This document shows, piece by piece, positions 1-12,810 of a DNA stretch of 64,000 bases (its first letter is position 1; the number at the start of each line of letters is the position of its first letter). Below the pieces are notes generated by a model. It worked only from the letters and a program-made list of their open reading frames with translations. It was not told where the DNA came from and ran no database searches. Source of the DNA: Octopus sinensis (lineage: Eukaryota); contig NC_043008.1 in NCBI RefSeq assembly GCF_006345805.1, forward strand, positions 7,068,001 through 7,132,000, written 5' to 3'. Position numbers and translations under genes: made by a program.

Positions 1-1547
1 GTAGCCCCAGGAGGTCATCGTCTCCAGCTGGCTTTAGACACACTTTCTGTGCCCTTATGATATTTGCAAAGGGAGGTCATATTATTTTATATCATTCTTC
101 GAAATATTCGATTTGTTTTTGAGGATGTAAATATTTCATTTGTATAATGTCATACTTTTTCCCGTTGACATTGGTCAGAAGCTAAGCGAAAACAGCGCAG
201 CAGGAAGGAAATTCTATGATTAGTTTGCAGGAAATTGTAGCTACAACACCTTCGCATCTCAGCCGACATTGTAAAAATATAAACAGGAGGACGTATAGGT
301 CGTTGGAGTCCTAAGATTCTTCTGGAGAGACGGAGTGGTCACATGTGGACCGCCTTTGATTATACTGCTGTTCAATAAGAGTTATGTTTGGACAACTACA
401 ACAGTGATAAACCACAATTGCCACCACTTTGTCTACTATCACCACAACAACCACAGCCTTTGAGTTTCCAATTGCAGTCACTGCTACTGAGGCTGCTGCT
501 GTTACTACTACTACTACTACTACTACTACTTACTACTACTACTACTAATGCTGCTGTTACCGCCGCCGACGCCAGCACCACTACCACCACCACCACCACC
601 ACCACCACAGCGGCAATAATCGAAGTATTGATAGTAGTTGTATTTCACAACACACACACACACACACACACATATATATGTATATACATGTATATATATG
701 TATATCTATTTACCTATATATGTATATGTATATATCTATATATATACACACACATATATATATATACACATATATATATATATACGTATGTGTGTGAGCA
801 CATATGTGTTCGCGTGTGTATATAAGCAGGAGTGTATATTAACGATGCGTCTGGGTGGTATGTTGATGAATCCTGTTCACGAGTGGGTGTATGCATTAAA
901 TTTCGTATATGGATAACGGTGTATGTAATGCGCTGCTGCTAGCGTATGCACATGCGTGTACATAAGTCCCTATATATATATAGGTATGTGCGCGCGTGTG
1001 TATGTGTGTGCGTGTGTATGTGTGTGCGTGCGTAAATGGTTGTCATAATCACCAATATTAGAATCGATTTCGAAGATCGCATGGGACAATCTCCAAAGCA
1101 TAACTAGGAAGTGATTAAGGCAAAGAAAATTAAAACCAAACATTCTCTGTCACAGTAGACTAGCTGGCACCATTAGCGATTAGAAAATATGCGCTGTGTT
1201 CGTTTCAATCTAGTTTCCGCTTACTTAGACAAAGTTTAATGAACATTCTAAGATTAGTCAGTATAAGGGAAGGTAAATATTGCATTATGCTACAGACGTG
1301 AATTCCCACTGCTTGAAATCTTCCGTTTGTTATGTGTTATTTTAGCGGTTTCACGCTCTTGAGGGCGGCCGTACTCAAAAATAACCTATCAAGACAGCGG
1401 AGTTGATAATACCAAGTCTAATCTTTTGTATCCTATGTATTTTACTGAAGCACAGGAGGAAGAAAATCACAAGTGAAAAATTGTTATCTTGTTGAAGCCA
1501 AAGCATTCGCTTGCATCTGTCTCGCCAATTCTGTCTGCCATCCTATA

Positions 1548-1587
<40 letters not shown>

Positions 1588-1790
1588 CATCAATAAATGT
1601 GTCTGAAACAACTGTAGTGAACCTTTAACGAATTTATGTTCTTATTTGATTCATATAGATATGTGTGAGTGTGTCTGTGTATGCCTCTCTGTGTGTGTGT
1701 ATATATATATATATATATAATATACACACACGAACATATATATACATACACACACACACACACGCACACACACATATATATATATATATA

Positions 1791-2657
1791 CAGGGAGCGA
1801 TGAATAAACTGTCGTCGAAATTACGCAAAAATGAAAATAACGCTGACATCTCATTTTAACAGATATATTTACCAAAATTACATAAACATATCTTAAATAT
1901 TAAAGAGTAAAGTTATTCATTAAAATCGCCATTGGCTGCACCCACGGCCTCCAGACGACTTTGGAATTTCTTGCAACTCTTCTGGATAATCTCCTTGTTT
2001 AAGTAGGTGGATGCTGCCATAATCCTTGCCTTTCTTTGGTGTCACAAGAAATTTTGTTGTTCTCTCGCTCAACAGCGTCCCAAACATAATAATGAAAGGG
2101 TTGCAGTCTGGGGAGTAAGTTGGCCAGATTTTAGGGGCGATGTGGTCGAGGAAATAGTCTGACAGCAATGTCTGCTCGTGAGGCTGGTGCAGACTCATGT
2201 TGCCAGACATAGGGTCTTCTAGTAGCCACCCTCTTCACTCAGGAGAGCACTCCCTTCTCCAGGCACTTGATGTAGGCCTCCGTGTTGAGTCCGAGGTCGT
2301 GTGAGAAGATAAATCGAGGCATAACGTAACCATTACTAGCGATCACTCGAAACCCTATGATCTTTTCTGGTTGTTTGATTTTCATCACTTTCGGTACATG
2401 TCCTCAGATTGCACTGTCCTCGAGTTGACACACAGCCACTCTGAAATGTTCATACTGGAGCTTCCGGCGCGGATGCCAAGCAGTATAGCATGTCGTTTGC
2501 AAATTTCTGGCAGACTGAATTGCGTCATGGTTCAGTTTTTCGCACAGACGGTGCCCAACTGACTCTACTATACTGTGTAGTCGACAAAAATAAAAAGAAA
2601 CAAAGCCCATGTGCAAAATAAAAAATATGAAATAGCGACAATTTACCCATCGCATGC

Positions 2658-2659
<2 letters not shown>
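1791..2659 (-). mobile_element. Internally deleted Tc1/mariner DNA transposon (maT/DD37D-like), C-terminal transposase pseudogene between two TIRs
   Basis: The minus strand encodes ...VMPRFIFSHDLGLNTEAYIKCLEKGVL*VKRVATRRPYVWQ... and HIAPKIWPTYSPDCNP, the WPxxSPDxNP motif preceding the third catalytic residue; the frames are broken. Left TIR cagggagcgatgaataaactgtcg (1791) matches the reverse complement of cgacaatttacccatcgcatgctg (ends 2659) at 18/24. Both ends sit in (TA)n. Confidence 0.85.
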
Positions 2660-2736
<77 letters not shown>

Positions 2737-2773
2737 ATATATATATATTATATATATATATTATATATATATT

Positions 2774-2835
<62 letters not shown>

Positions 2836-2960
2836 ATATATACATATATATACACATGCATGCCTATGTATATATGCATGCAAACACATGCATATATACA
2901 TGCATACATACATGCATACATGTATATATATATATAATATATATATTAATATATATATAT

Positions 2961-3180
2961 ATATATATAACGGGAAGCTTTATGAAAATAAACAAAAGAC
3001 GAAGGCAGGTGGAAAACAAACGAACAATTGTATTAGTATGGCGCTCAGGAAATATAAATAAAACAAGTCTTTAACGTTTCGAGCCTACGCTCTTCAACAG
3101 AAAGATACACAGAGAGAGAAAAACACAGAAAGAAGGAGAGAAAAAAAATGCGTGCAGTAGCTAACGAATCAACATGGCGA
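2961..3180 (-). mobile_element. Short Penelope-like (PLE) terminal-repeat family copy carrying a hammerhead-like motif
   Basis: Homologous to 9905-10058, 56997-57205 and more distantly 51990-52165. Minus strand reads tcttt-CTGTTGA-a-gagc-gtag-gctc-GAAA-cgtt-aaaga. PLE assignment is inference from this motif. Confidence 0.55.
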
Positions 3181-3955
3181 TATATATATATATAAATTCA
3201 TACTTGCAATCATACATGCAAATACGTAAAGAGATGACACAAAATCAGGCCTGAAGCTATCAATAGAAAAATTCTGCTCAATATTGCCGCTGGCGAACGC
3301 AACTCTCGTGATTAACACCGCTGCCCTAACACTGCTACCTTTTACTGATTATCTTTTCTTGTTTTGCCTCTTGACATTTAGAATTTCTGTCAGGTAATTT
3401 ACATGTCATGTGACACCAACCGTCGCCAACAGAGCCGCCGCGTTCCTACGCCTCTAATACTCATCATTTCTCATCGACTCGGAAACCAGCTGCGAAGATG
3501 AAATATTACATTATTGCCGTATAATTTTTTTATTAGAAAATGGGATTTGCTAACACACATATTTATTTCATGTTAATTAGATATGTTTCAAGATGTCATA
3601 TATTCCGATCTGATAGTTACCTTACCTATTAGGTGTAGTATAGGAAGCAGCTGCTATCTCGGGGAAAGAGTCTCCATAAAGCATAATTTACTGTTTCGTT
3701 AACACTATTCAAAGCTATTTACCAGTTGTAGATATGTTAAGGTGAAACATTCATTAATTGTTGAACTAACCTTGAGAAAATTAGTGACGATGTGTTAATA
3801 GTTGCTGGCATAACAATCAATGCGTTGATAGTTTTTCTTTGCTGTATTCGTTCCGTTACGTCGCGATTTTAGTTCAAATCCCACTGTTATCCGCTTCAAC
3901 TATTTATGCTTTCGAAGGCGGTAACTAAAATACCAGCCAAGAATCGCTACCTTTT

Positions 3956-4080
3956 GAGTTCAAATCCCACGTTGCCTTTCATCCTTTCGGGATCGATTAA
4001 ATAAGTACCATTTACGCACTGGGGTCGATATAATCAGCTTGATCCTCTCGCCCAAGCTGCCTTGTGGCAATAAATTGAAA
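3956..4080 (+). mobile_element. tRNA-derived SINE family A, 5'-truncated fragment
   Basis: gagttcaaatccc...gcctttcatcctttcggg.tcgattaaataagtacca...ctggggtcgat matches the body of the family A copies at 13294-13718 and 52971-53180. Confidence 0.8.
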
Positions 4081-4092
4081 TCATCATCATCA

Positions 4093-4123
<31 letters not shown>

Positions 4124-4148
4124 AATTATTATTATTATTATTATTATT

Positions 4149-4701
4149 GAGTGAGAGAGCAGTGCATGCCATCAAAGTGACACTGAGGTAAAATATACGA
4201 AGCCCAGTATACCCATCATGACTACCCGTCTGATAAGGGTACACTAGGCACATGCATCACAACCATATGTGCGCGACATGGTGATCTCATATCAAGATAA
4301 ACAGCGCATGACTTGCAGGTGGGGCCCAGCTAGAATTTTCTTCTGGTCCAGTAACCCATCCCGCTCAACAGGTCCCTGAATAAGTATTGTTTAAGGATGT
4401 TGAATGAAATACCCATGTTTCCAGAGGTGAATTATTGAAATCCCAAAGAATCCCTCTCACCACATGGCTATGATGCTCCCCCACTACTTTTGCTCATGAT
4501 CAGAGATGCACATATCGTCAGCCACTAAGGGACATGCTCAATTGGTTAAGGTCAAACAACTGACAAGCAAATCTGTGGTATTGAGCAGAATATTTGCTGT
4601 AACCCATCCTTCATAGAAAGATAAAACAAAGTACATGATAACAGTTCCAATCAGTTAAGATCAGAAGCCACGAGAGCCACTGCCTGGTACTGCATCAGAG
4701 C
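4149..4701 (-). mobile_element. Non-coding interspersed element embedded in (TAA)n, probable non-LTR retroelement derivative
   Basis: About 550 bp of complex sequence with (ATT)n-type arrays on both sides. Its terminal ~45 bp recur inverted at 46364-46408, also abutting (AAT)n. Confidence 0.55.
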
Positions 4702-4736
4702 TTTTTATCATTATTATTGTTATTATTATTATTATT

Positions 4737-4778
<42 letters not shown>

Positions 4779-6583
4779 ATTGTTGTTGATGTTGTTGTTG
4801 TTGCTGCTGTTGTTGTTGCTCTTGCTGGTGTTGTTATGATAAAGGTATCGAATACTTTGCAATCTTGAAAATGCTCAGCAAGATTTATTCCGGCTCTACG
4901 CTCTGAGTTCAGCTACCAGCAAGATCGACTTTAACCTCATATGCTTTAGGTGTCGATAATATAAATTCCAGGCTGTGTGCCTATATAACCTTATATACAC
5001 ACATATATACACACTCAAACGCATTAGCGTATGGACTGGATAGTCTTGCAATATTCATATATCAAGTTGTCGCTTTAAAGTTAACGTATTTTAAGGCTTC
5101 TAATAATACTTACTGACACATATTTATCCAAAGGTGACAATGATTCTGTGACACTCTAAAGGAATGATTTTTTATTGGAGGTTTCATCTCCTAGCTTCCA
5201 GAGTTTATGTAAGTTAGAAGGAGTGGCATCACCATGGCAACAAACAACTTTCGATATCATCTTATACATGATAATCGCTGAAAGGCAATCTTCATATAAC
5301 ACTTAGAAGGAAAGGAAAACTGATCGCGATAAACTCTTAGAAATGTTCCGCTAAACACCAAAGTGTAGTGATTCTAATGCAGATATAAATTTTGCTAAAC
5401 TGGGTCGGGAAATTCATAAGAATTCTAACAAATCGAAAATGACCTGATTTATTTTCTTATCGAAAGAAATTTGGCGCGTACACGCACACATATAAATATC
5501 TATATGTGCATACATACATATATGCATAAACGTGTGAGTGTATGTATGTATATATATATATATATACGCATACACATACTCATATACATACATACGTACA
5601 TGCATATGTATATATAAAAAGAGAAAAGATGGACGAACGATTACAGGTGTAAATAGTACTTTTCGAAGATGTATGTTACATATATTCATAGGAAATCAGT
5701 CTGTCTTTACAGCTGTTTCAAATATACAATGAATAGTTGATATAGTACACATGATGCAAACAACAGTACATTACAAGATAATATTAACCAAAAACATATA
5801 AAGAGTATTATCAACGGGCATGAATTTTGATTGCAAAATCCCTTTTATGCGAATAACACAAAATATTAGCCTTAGAAGTATGAATGGCAGTAATTGTCGA
5901 AATAGGAGAGGAAAGGAGAGAAGTAGTGCATGAAGGAGGAGCGAAAGAAAGGAAATAAAGAAAAAAAGAGATGGAAGAAAAGAAAGAAAATATGAGGGAT
6001 TAGTCAGTTAGTGTAAGATGTTGACATACTGCGCGGTAGGACAATGATATTGGTGGATAAAGAGTATAATTAAGACGATGGAGAGAATAAGAGGAAGAGA
6101 AAAACCCCAAAGAGCATATAAAGAAACGCTCATTAATTTTCTAGTGACCTCGTCAAGAAGAAAGTGTCTTCTATAAAAAAAAAACGGTAAGAAAATGAAT
6201 ATGATATATTGGGTCAACCCCAAAATAATGCTGTATTTTTATACTTCTTTTACTTTCAAAATTAAGATAAATTTCTCTTTTAATATAAAATAGACTCTCG
6301 TTCATTTTCTACAATGCTTTTCCATTTATCTGTGACAAAAAATACTCCTCCAGTACTATTCTGACCTACTCTACAAAAATTAATATTTTTTTCTGTCCGA
6401 ATTATTTTGAAGACTGCGAAATTAATGATAATCAGATTGGGGGAATCAGTTCTGGTGAATATGATGGGTGGGGCATCGTTTCCCATTTGAACTGCTCCGG
6501 CCTTTGGAATATCATCCTCGCTGTATGTGGCCGAGCATATATATAAATACATCTATGTATGTATGCATGTATATATGTATCTA

Positions 6584-6623
<40 letters not shown>

Positions 6624-6670
6624 ATCTATCTATCTATCATCTATCTATCTATCTATCTGTGTAGCTACCT

Positions 6671-6710
<40 letters not shown>

Positions 6711-6720
6711 TATATATATG

Positions 6721-6755
<35 letters not shown>

Positions 6756-6952
6756 ATATTGATAGTAATGGTAAGACAACAAAAGAATGAAAGAGACCTA
6801 CTTATGTAAATAGTAGAATTTTTCTATAAATATAATATGTGAAAATTATCCGGTAACCATGATAAAGCTCCGAGTTTCGCCCCGATATCCGAATCTCGGA
6901 GTTTTATCATGGCTACCGAATAATAGTCACAATTTACATATATATATATATA

Positions 6953-7686
6953 CTCGGGGGGTAAACCTCGTAACGTGCGTATAAATGTATTTTGTCGTTA
7001 TTTGGCTAACACATGATATCCTACTGTGAGGTATATTCGAGAGCTAGATACATACCCGGAACTCCTCCTTACAGGAGATTAATACAAAGATAACATAACA
7101 TAAGGGTGGAGGATAACAGGTTATCCGCCATAAGCTTATAACTAATATTAAAATCTGCTCGTCTGTTATATTATCCGAACATACAGATGTGTATGTATGT
7201 GAGTGCGTGTGGTTGGCGTTTGTTGTAGGTTCGTGTGTGTAGACAAAGCTGTGTGCCGTTGAAGTGTATGTCTAATGTATGCACAACTAAAATCACAACA
7301 TTTTCTAGACTGAAAACAATGAAAAGGCAAGGCATAAACCTGACAGTGGTGAATAGATCAGACATGATCGTTGATTGTTCTAACATTTAAATAATCATTT
7401 TTGAATACATTAGTTATAGAATACTGTCCGCAAGTTCTTTCATAGGGGACACGGTTTAATATTATATCGTGCAGACGGCTGACGGTAGAGAGGTATTTCA
7501 GTGTTTGTATGTGCACGTGTCTGTTTTCGTGTGTGTAGGTGCTTGTAGGTGTGTGTGTGTGTGTGTGTGTGTTTGATTATTTTCGCTCATCTACATAGCA
7601 AGGTTACATTTCTATCTATTATGAAATAAATACGACACTGTTATAAATGGTTTTGCGTATATTGAAGTATATGCATATAATTACAC

Positions 7687-7719
<33 letters not shown>

Positions 7720-7845
7720 AGTATATAACCCACACACGTGTGTATATGTATGTATATATCGTATCCATCTTGATACACATACATACATCCATGAATATCA
7801 ACATATATATACTAATTATATACATATATATATACATACATATAT

Positions 7846-7901
<56 letters not shown>

Positions 7902-8821
7902 TATAGATATATATATATATATATGTATATATATACATATATATATATACTCGGGGGGTAAACCTCGTAACGTGCGTATAAATGTATTTTGTCGTTATTT
8001 GGCTAACACATGATATCCTACTGTGAGGTATATTCGAGAGCTAGATACATACCCGAACTCCTCCTTACAGGAGATTAATACAAAGATAACATAACATAAG
8101 GGTGGAGGATAACAGTTATCCGCCATAAGCTTATAACTAATATTAAAATCTGCTCGTCTGTTATATTATCCGAACATACAGATGTGTATGTATGTGAGTG
8201 CGTGTGGTTGGCGTTTGTTGTAGGTTCGTGTGTGTAGACAAAGCTGTGTGCCGTTGAAGTGTATGTCTAATGTATGCACAACTAAAATCACAACATTTTC
8301 TAGACTGAAAACAATGAAAAGGCAAGGCATAAACCTGACAGTGGTGAATAGATCAGACATGATCGTTGATTGTTCTAAACATTTAAATAATCATTTTTGA
8401 ATACATTAGTTATAGAATACTGTCCGCAAGTTCTTTCATAGGGGACACGGTTTAATATTATATCGTGCAGACGGCTGATGGTAGAGAGGTATTTCAGTGT
8501 TTGTATGTGCACGTGTCTGTTTTCGTGTGTGTAGGTGCTTGTAGGTGTGTGTGTGTGTGTGTGTTTGATTATTTTCGCTCATCTACATAGCAAGGTTACA
8601 TTTCTATCTATTATGAAATAAATACGACACTGTTATAAATGGTTTTGCGTATATTGAAGTATATGCATATAATTACACATTTACACACCACACACACACA
8701 AGTATATAACCCACACACGTGTGTATATGTATGTATATATCGTATCCATCTTGATACACATACATACATCCATGAATATCAACATATATATACTAATATA
8801 TATACATATATATATACATAC

Positions 8822-8908
<87 letters not shown>

Positions 8909-8930
8909 CATATATATATATATACATATA
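6953..8930. repeat. Direct tandem duplication, unit ~997 bp (6953-7949, 7950-~8930)
   Basis: ctcggggggtaaacctcgtaacgtgcg starts at 6953 and again at 7950. The unique interiors are nearly identical, with a few 1-bp indels. Both junctions lie in (TA)n. Confidence 0.95.
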
Positions 8931-9296
8931 TTTTCACTCAAACAAACGTTTACATTTAAGAATGTATACAGGAACATATACACGTATGTACGTTTGTAAC
9001 TTTGTACTTGTCTATTATGTGTGTATGCACATATTCATATGTATATATACATGTATAAATACATACACAGGTACACATATATATATATGCACTTATATTT
9101 ATGTATATATATATGTATGTATGTACGTGTTTATATATATATATATATATATATACTTATACATACATATACATGTATACAACTATTTTAACATGAATAA
9201 AATACTTATCAACAAATACTTGCTTAATTTAAGAAACGTAAACCTAGTTTAAATGTTCCTATCTATGTGTGTATATACATGTTTGTGTGTGTATGC

Positions 9297-9327
<31 letters not shown>

Positions 9328-9654
9328 GTTTAAGAAAAGATGGTTGATATAAATATATATATGTACATACATAACTCGTACACATCTCCAATGATGGTGG
9401 TAGGTTTATCAAAATTTACACTCATGAATATTCATAAATAATTCCCTGATATAAGATACTAAAAAATATTTATCATTGCTGTTTTCAAAATGAGATGGAA
9501 AAAAAAATTACAAGACTAATTACGAAAAGTATACAATTCTACTCTCACGTATTGTTTGGCATCAGCGAAGAAACTATTTACATACGAAAAAGACAAGACT
9601 ATTTATAGGCTAATCCTGAACTCATTTCGAGAGTATCTACTTCATTTTAGGATA

Positions 9655-9689
<35 letters not shown>

Positions 9690-9715
9690 TATATATATAT
9701 AATATATATATATAT

Positions 9716-9779
<64 letters not shown>

Positions 9780-9904
9780 ATATATATATATGTACATATA
9801 TATATATATATATGTGTGTGTAGTGTATATATATATATATATATATATGTGTATATATATATATATATATGTATGTGTATGTGTGTGTATAATTCTACAA
9901 TTAT

Positions 9905-10053
9905 TTTTATTCTCTCTGTTTATTTTCTCTTATTTCTTTTTGTTGAAGAACGTAAGTTCGAAACGTAAAAGACTTTTTCGTTTCCCCTAGCGTCAAACTG
10001 ATACACTTGCTTGTTGCTCATACACCTGTTTTCGTCTTTTGTTTTTCTATAAA

Positions 10054-10058
<5 letters not shown>
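9905..10058 (+). mobile_element. PLE-like short repeat family copy with hammerhead-like motif
   Basis: Reverse complement aligns with 2964-3100 (aaacaaaagacgaa..caggtg...gtatcagt..gacgct...aagtcttttacgtttcg). Motif is TTGTTGA-a-gaac-gtaa-gttc-GAAA-cgta-aaaga. Confidence 0.55.
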
Positions 10059-10121
<63 letters not shown>

Positions 10122-10224
10122 TCTTGAAGAGGTTGCCATCCTTAAGCCTATTTCATTACAATGGAATTGACTAAAGGAATAAATGAATGGTGAATAAGAA
10201 GGAGATCCCCCTCCCCCCTCTCCC

Positions 10225-10260
<36 letters not shown>

Positions 10261-10778
10261 ATTTTCATAGAACTTTAGCCCAAAAAACAAAAACAATGAT
10301 CTCCTTTTCTAAACAAAATCCCTCAAAAATGATGCTTTATATAAATGAACAAGCAGTTTGTACATTCACAAAATTCTATTTGATAATTTAGAGAAACAAA
10401 CGGAAGTGCTAATAAAAATGAATAAATAGATTTTAACCAAAATTCTGGCGACCTTTCTCAATATATATATTGAGCCAGTTCAGATTTGACCATCTCGACT
10501 TTTGCACAAACTACAATAGCCTATGTGGCGATTATTTAATACGGAGTGCTGGTGGTGGAGGTTATGAGAATTTTACTGCCCTTTATAAAAAGTTAAGCGA
10601 CCACAAAACGGCTCGCTCAATGGCCGAATCCATCCATGCACCCATCCATTCATCCATCCATCCATCCATCCATCCATCCATCCATCCATCAATCCATCCA
10701 TACATACATATATACATACATAATGCATACATACATACACATATACACAGACAAACATAGATACACACACGCACACAG

Positions 10779-10837
<59 letters not shown>

Positions 10838-11136
10838 TGTTGTGTCCAGGGAGAGTCATTATGGCAATATAATTGACACACACACTGGCCCAGTGCAACT
10901 CATTTATTAAATATCCGATATACTCTGTTGGTGGTCGACACAGATACCACCCACAGAGTATACGTACACAGGTAGATTGATAAGTGGCCAGGGAGATTTA
11001 TCATGTCAATACAAGTAGGTAAATAGGTAGGGAGGTAGGTGGGTATACATACACATATAGATAATATGGTAGATAGATAGATATATAGATAGATGGATGG
11101 ATAGGTGGATAGATAAATGGATAGTTGGATAGATAG

Positions 11137-11215
<79 letters not shown>

Positions 11216-12067
11216 CGGGAAGGTATGTAAGTAGGTACATCGATAAAACGGACAGACAAGCAAACACACGCATATAAGGTAACAGAAACACATGACCATA
11301 TATACACACACACACCACACACATGCATACAGATGCATACACACAAAGACACATATATACACACATGCATACACAACATGAACAGGTGCATACTCACACA
11401 AACTCATGCGCAGAAACATTCTCAAACACGCACACACAAGGAAACAGTGGCACACACACAAGCAGACACACGCGCACATACACCAATACTCAAGCACACT
11501 CACACAAAACCACACGAATATATAGAATACATACACACGTACAGACACTCATACATAGATACATACATACATACATACGTACATACATACACACGTACAT
11601 ACATACATACATACATACATACATACATTAATACATACATACATACATTAATACATACATACATACATTAATACATACATACATACGTACATACATACAC
11701 ACGTACATACATACATACATACAGACAGACAGACAGACAGACTGACGGAAATATTAAACATACATAAGTTCATACATACATCCACAGCCACACGCACGTT
11801 GGCACTCACACACACACGCCACAAAATGTCAAATAGACAACCAAACGCGCCCTCTATAATGTATAGAGTCGATAGTTATTGAGAAGGTTGCAAAAATGCA
11901 AGGAAACAGCTTTGACAAAAAGAAATGGGATATTTAAAGGGTGGAATTGAACCAGTGTGTGTGTGTGTTAATTATATTGGCATGATGACCCTCCCTACAC
12001 AGAACAATGTTTGTTTGAACTCACGAATTCACGTAAAGAATCTTGGAAACCAGATACAAAAAATGAA

Positions 12068-12134
<67 letters not shown>

Positions 12135-12489
12135 TGAGGGAAACACGCTACTAAGGAGAATCCAATAAGATTAAAAAATCGATATATATATAAATATATG
12201 TGTGTGTGTATATATGTGTGTGTAGGTTTGGTTTACAAAAAAGGAGAAAAAGTAGAGCACACACAGACACACGTGTGTGTGTGTGTGTGAGCTTATCATT
12301 TAACTGTAAATCTCCGTTGACGAGTCTAGAGCCAAGAGCAATTCGGTTGTAAGAAGTGACCTCACTTGATACATACGAGCGACCACCTCAACCTTTTCTG
12401 TAACCTTTACCATGGAGTGTGTTTGTTTCTTTGTTAGCCCCGGTGGCTAAAAATGAGGTCATTCTTCTTCTTCTTCTTCTTCTTCTTCT

Positions 12490-12810
12490 TCGTCTTTACT
12501 TTTAATATGCATGTTTGTTACAATCACATTCTGAGACACACCCAGCGTTTTACGGCGAGTGAAGGACAAGAGATGTTACAGTATGACTGAAAGCTGGGTG
12601 GGGGGAAGTGGCAGGGACAGCAGCGAAATATCTTCATGTGGTAAAACACATACATTTAAATTGATAGGGTTTTTCTAAGGATGTGAGCAGTACTTGCCAG
12701 TACAATCTTTTGGATTTCTCTGAGACATGGTTCTCCTGGGATATTATCTAGATGTTTCTGATATCCTGGGATATCTAGATGTTTTTGATACCCCTTTCTT
12801 ATCCCTTTCT
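12490..12810 (-). mobile_element. R4/Dong-clade (R2 superfamily) LINE, 5'-truncated 3' end
   Basis: The minus strand encodes IRKGYQKHLD(N)IPGEPCLREIQ then, after a frameshift, KIVLASTAHILRKTLSI*. This is the typical C-terminus of restriction-like-endonuclease LINEs. A short UTR follows, and the element lies between (CAA)n and (GAA)n arrays. Confidence 0.7.

Noticed and set aside
10457-10474. 18-bp palindrome ctcaatatatatattgag
   Set aside because: It is mostly a self-complementary (TA)n core with only a few flanking pairs.
10470-10625. Protein-like frame QFRFDHLDFCTNYNSLCGDYLIRSAGGGGYENF
   Set aside because: Short, with a weak acceptor and donor, and it runs into a (TCCA)n repeat.
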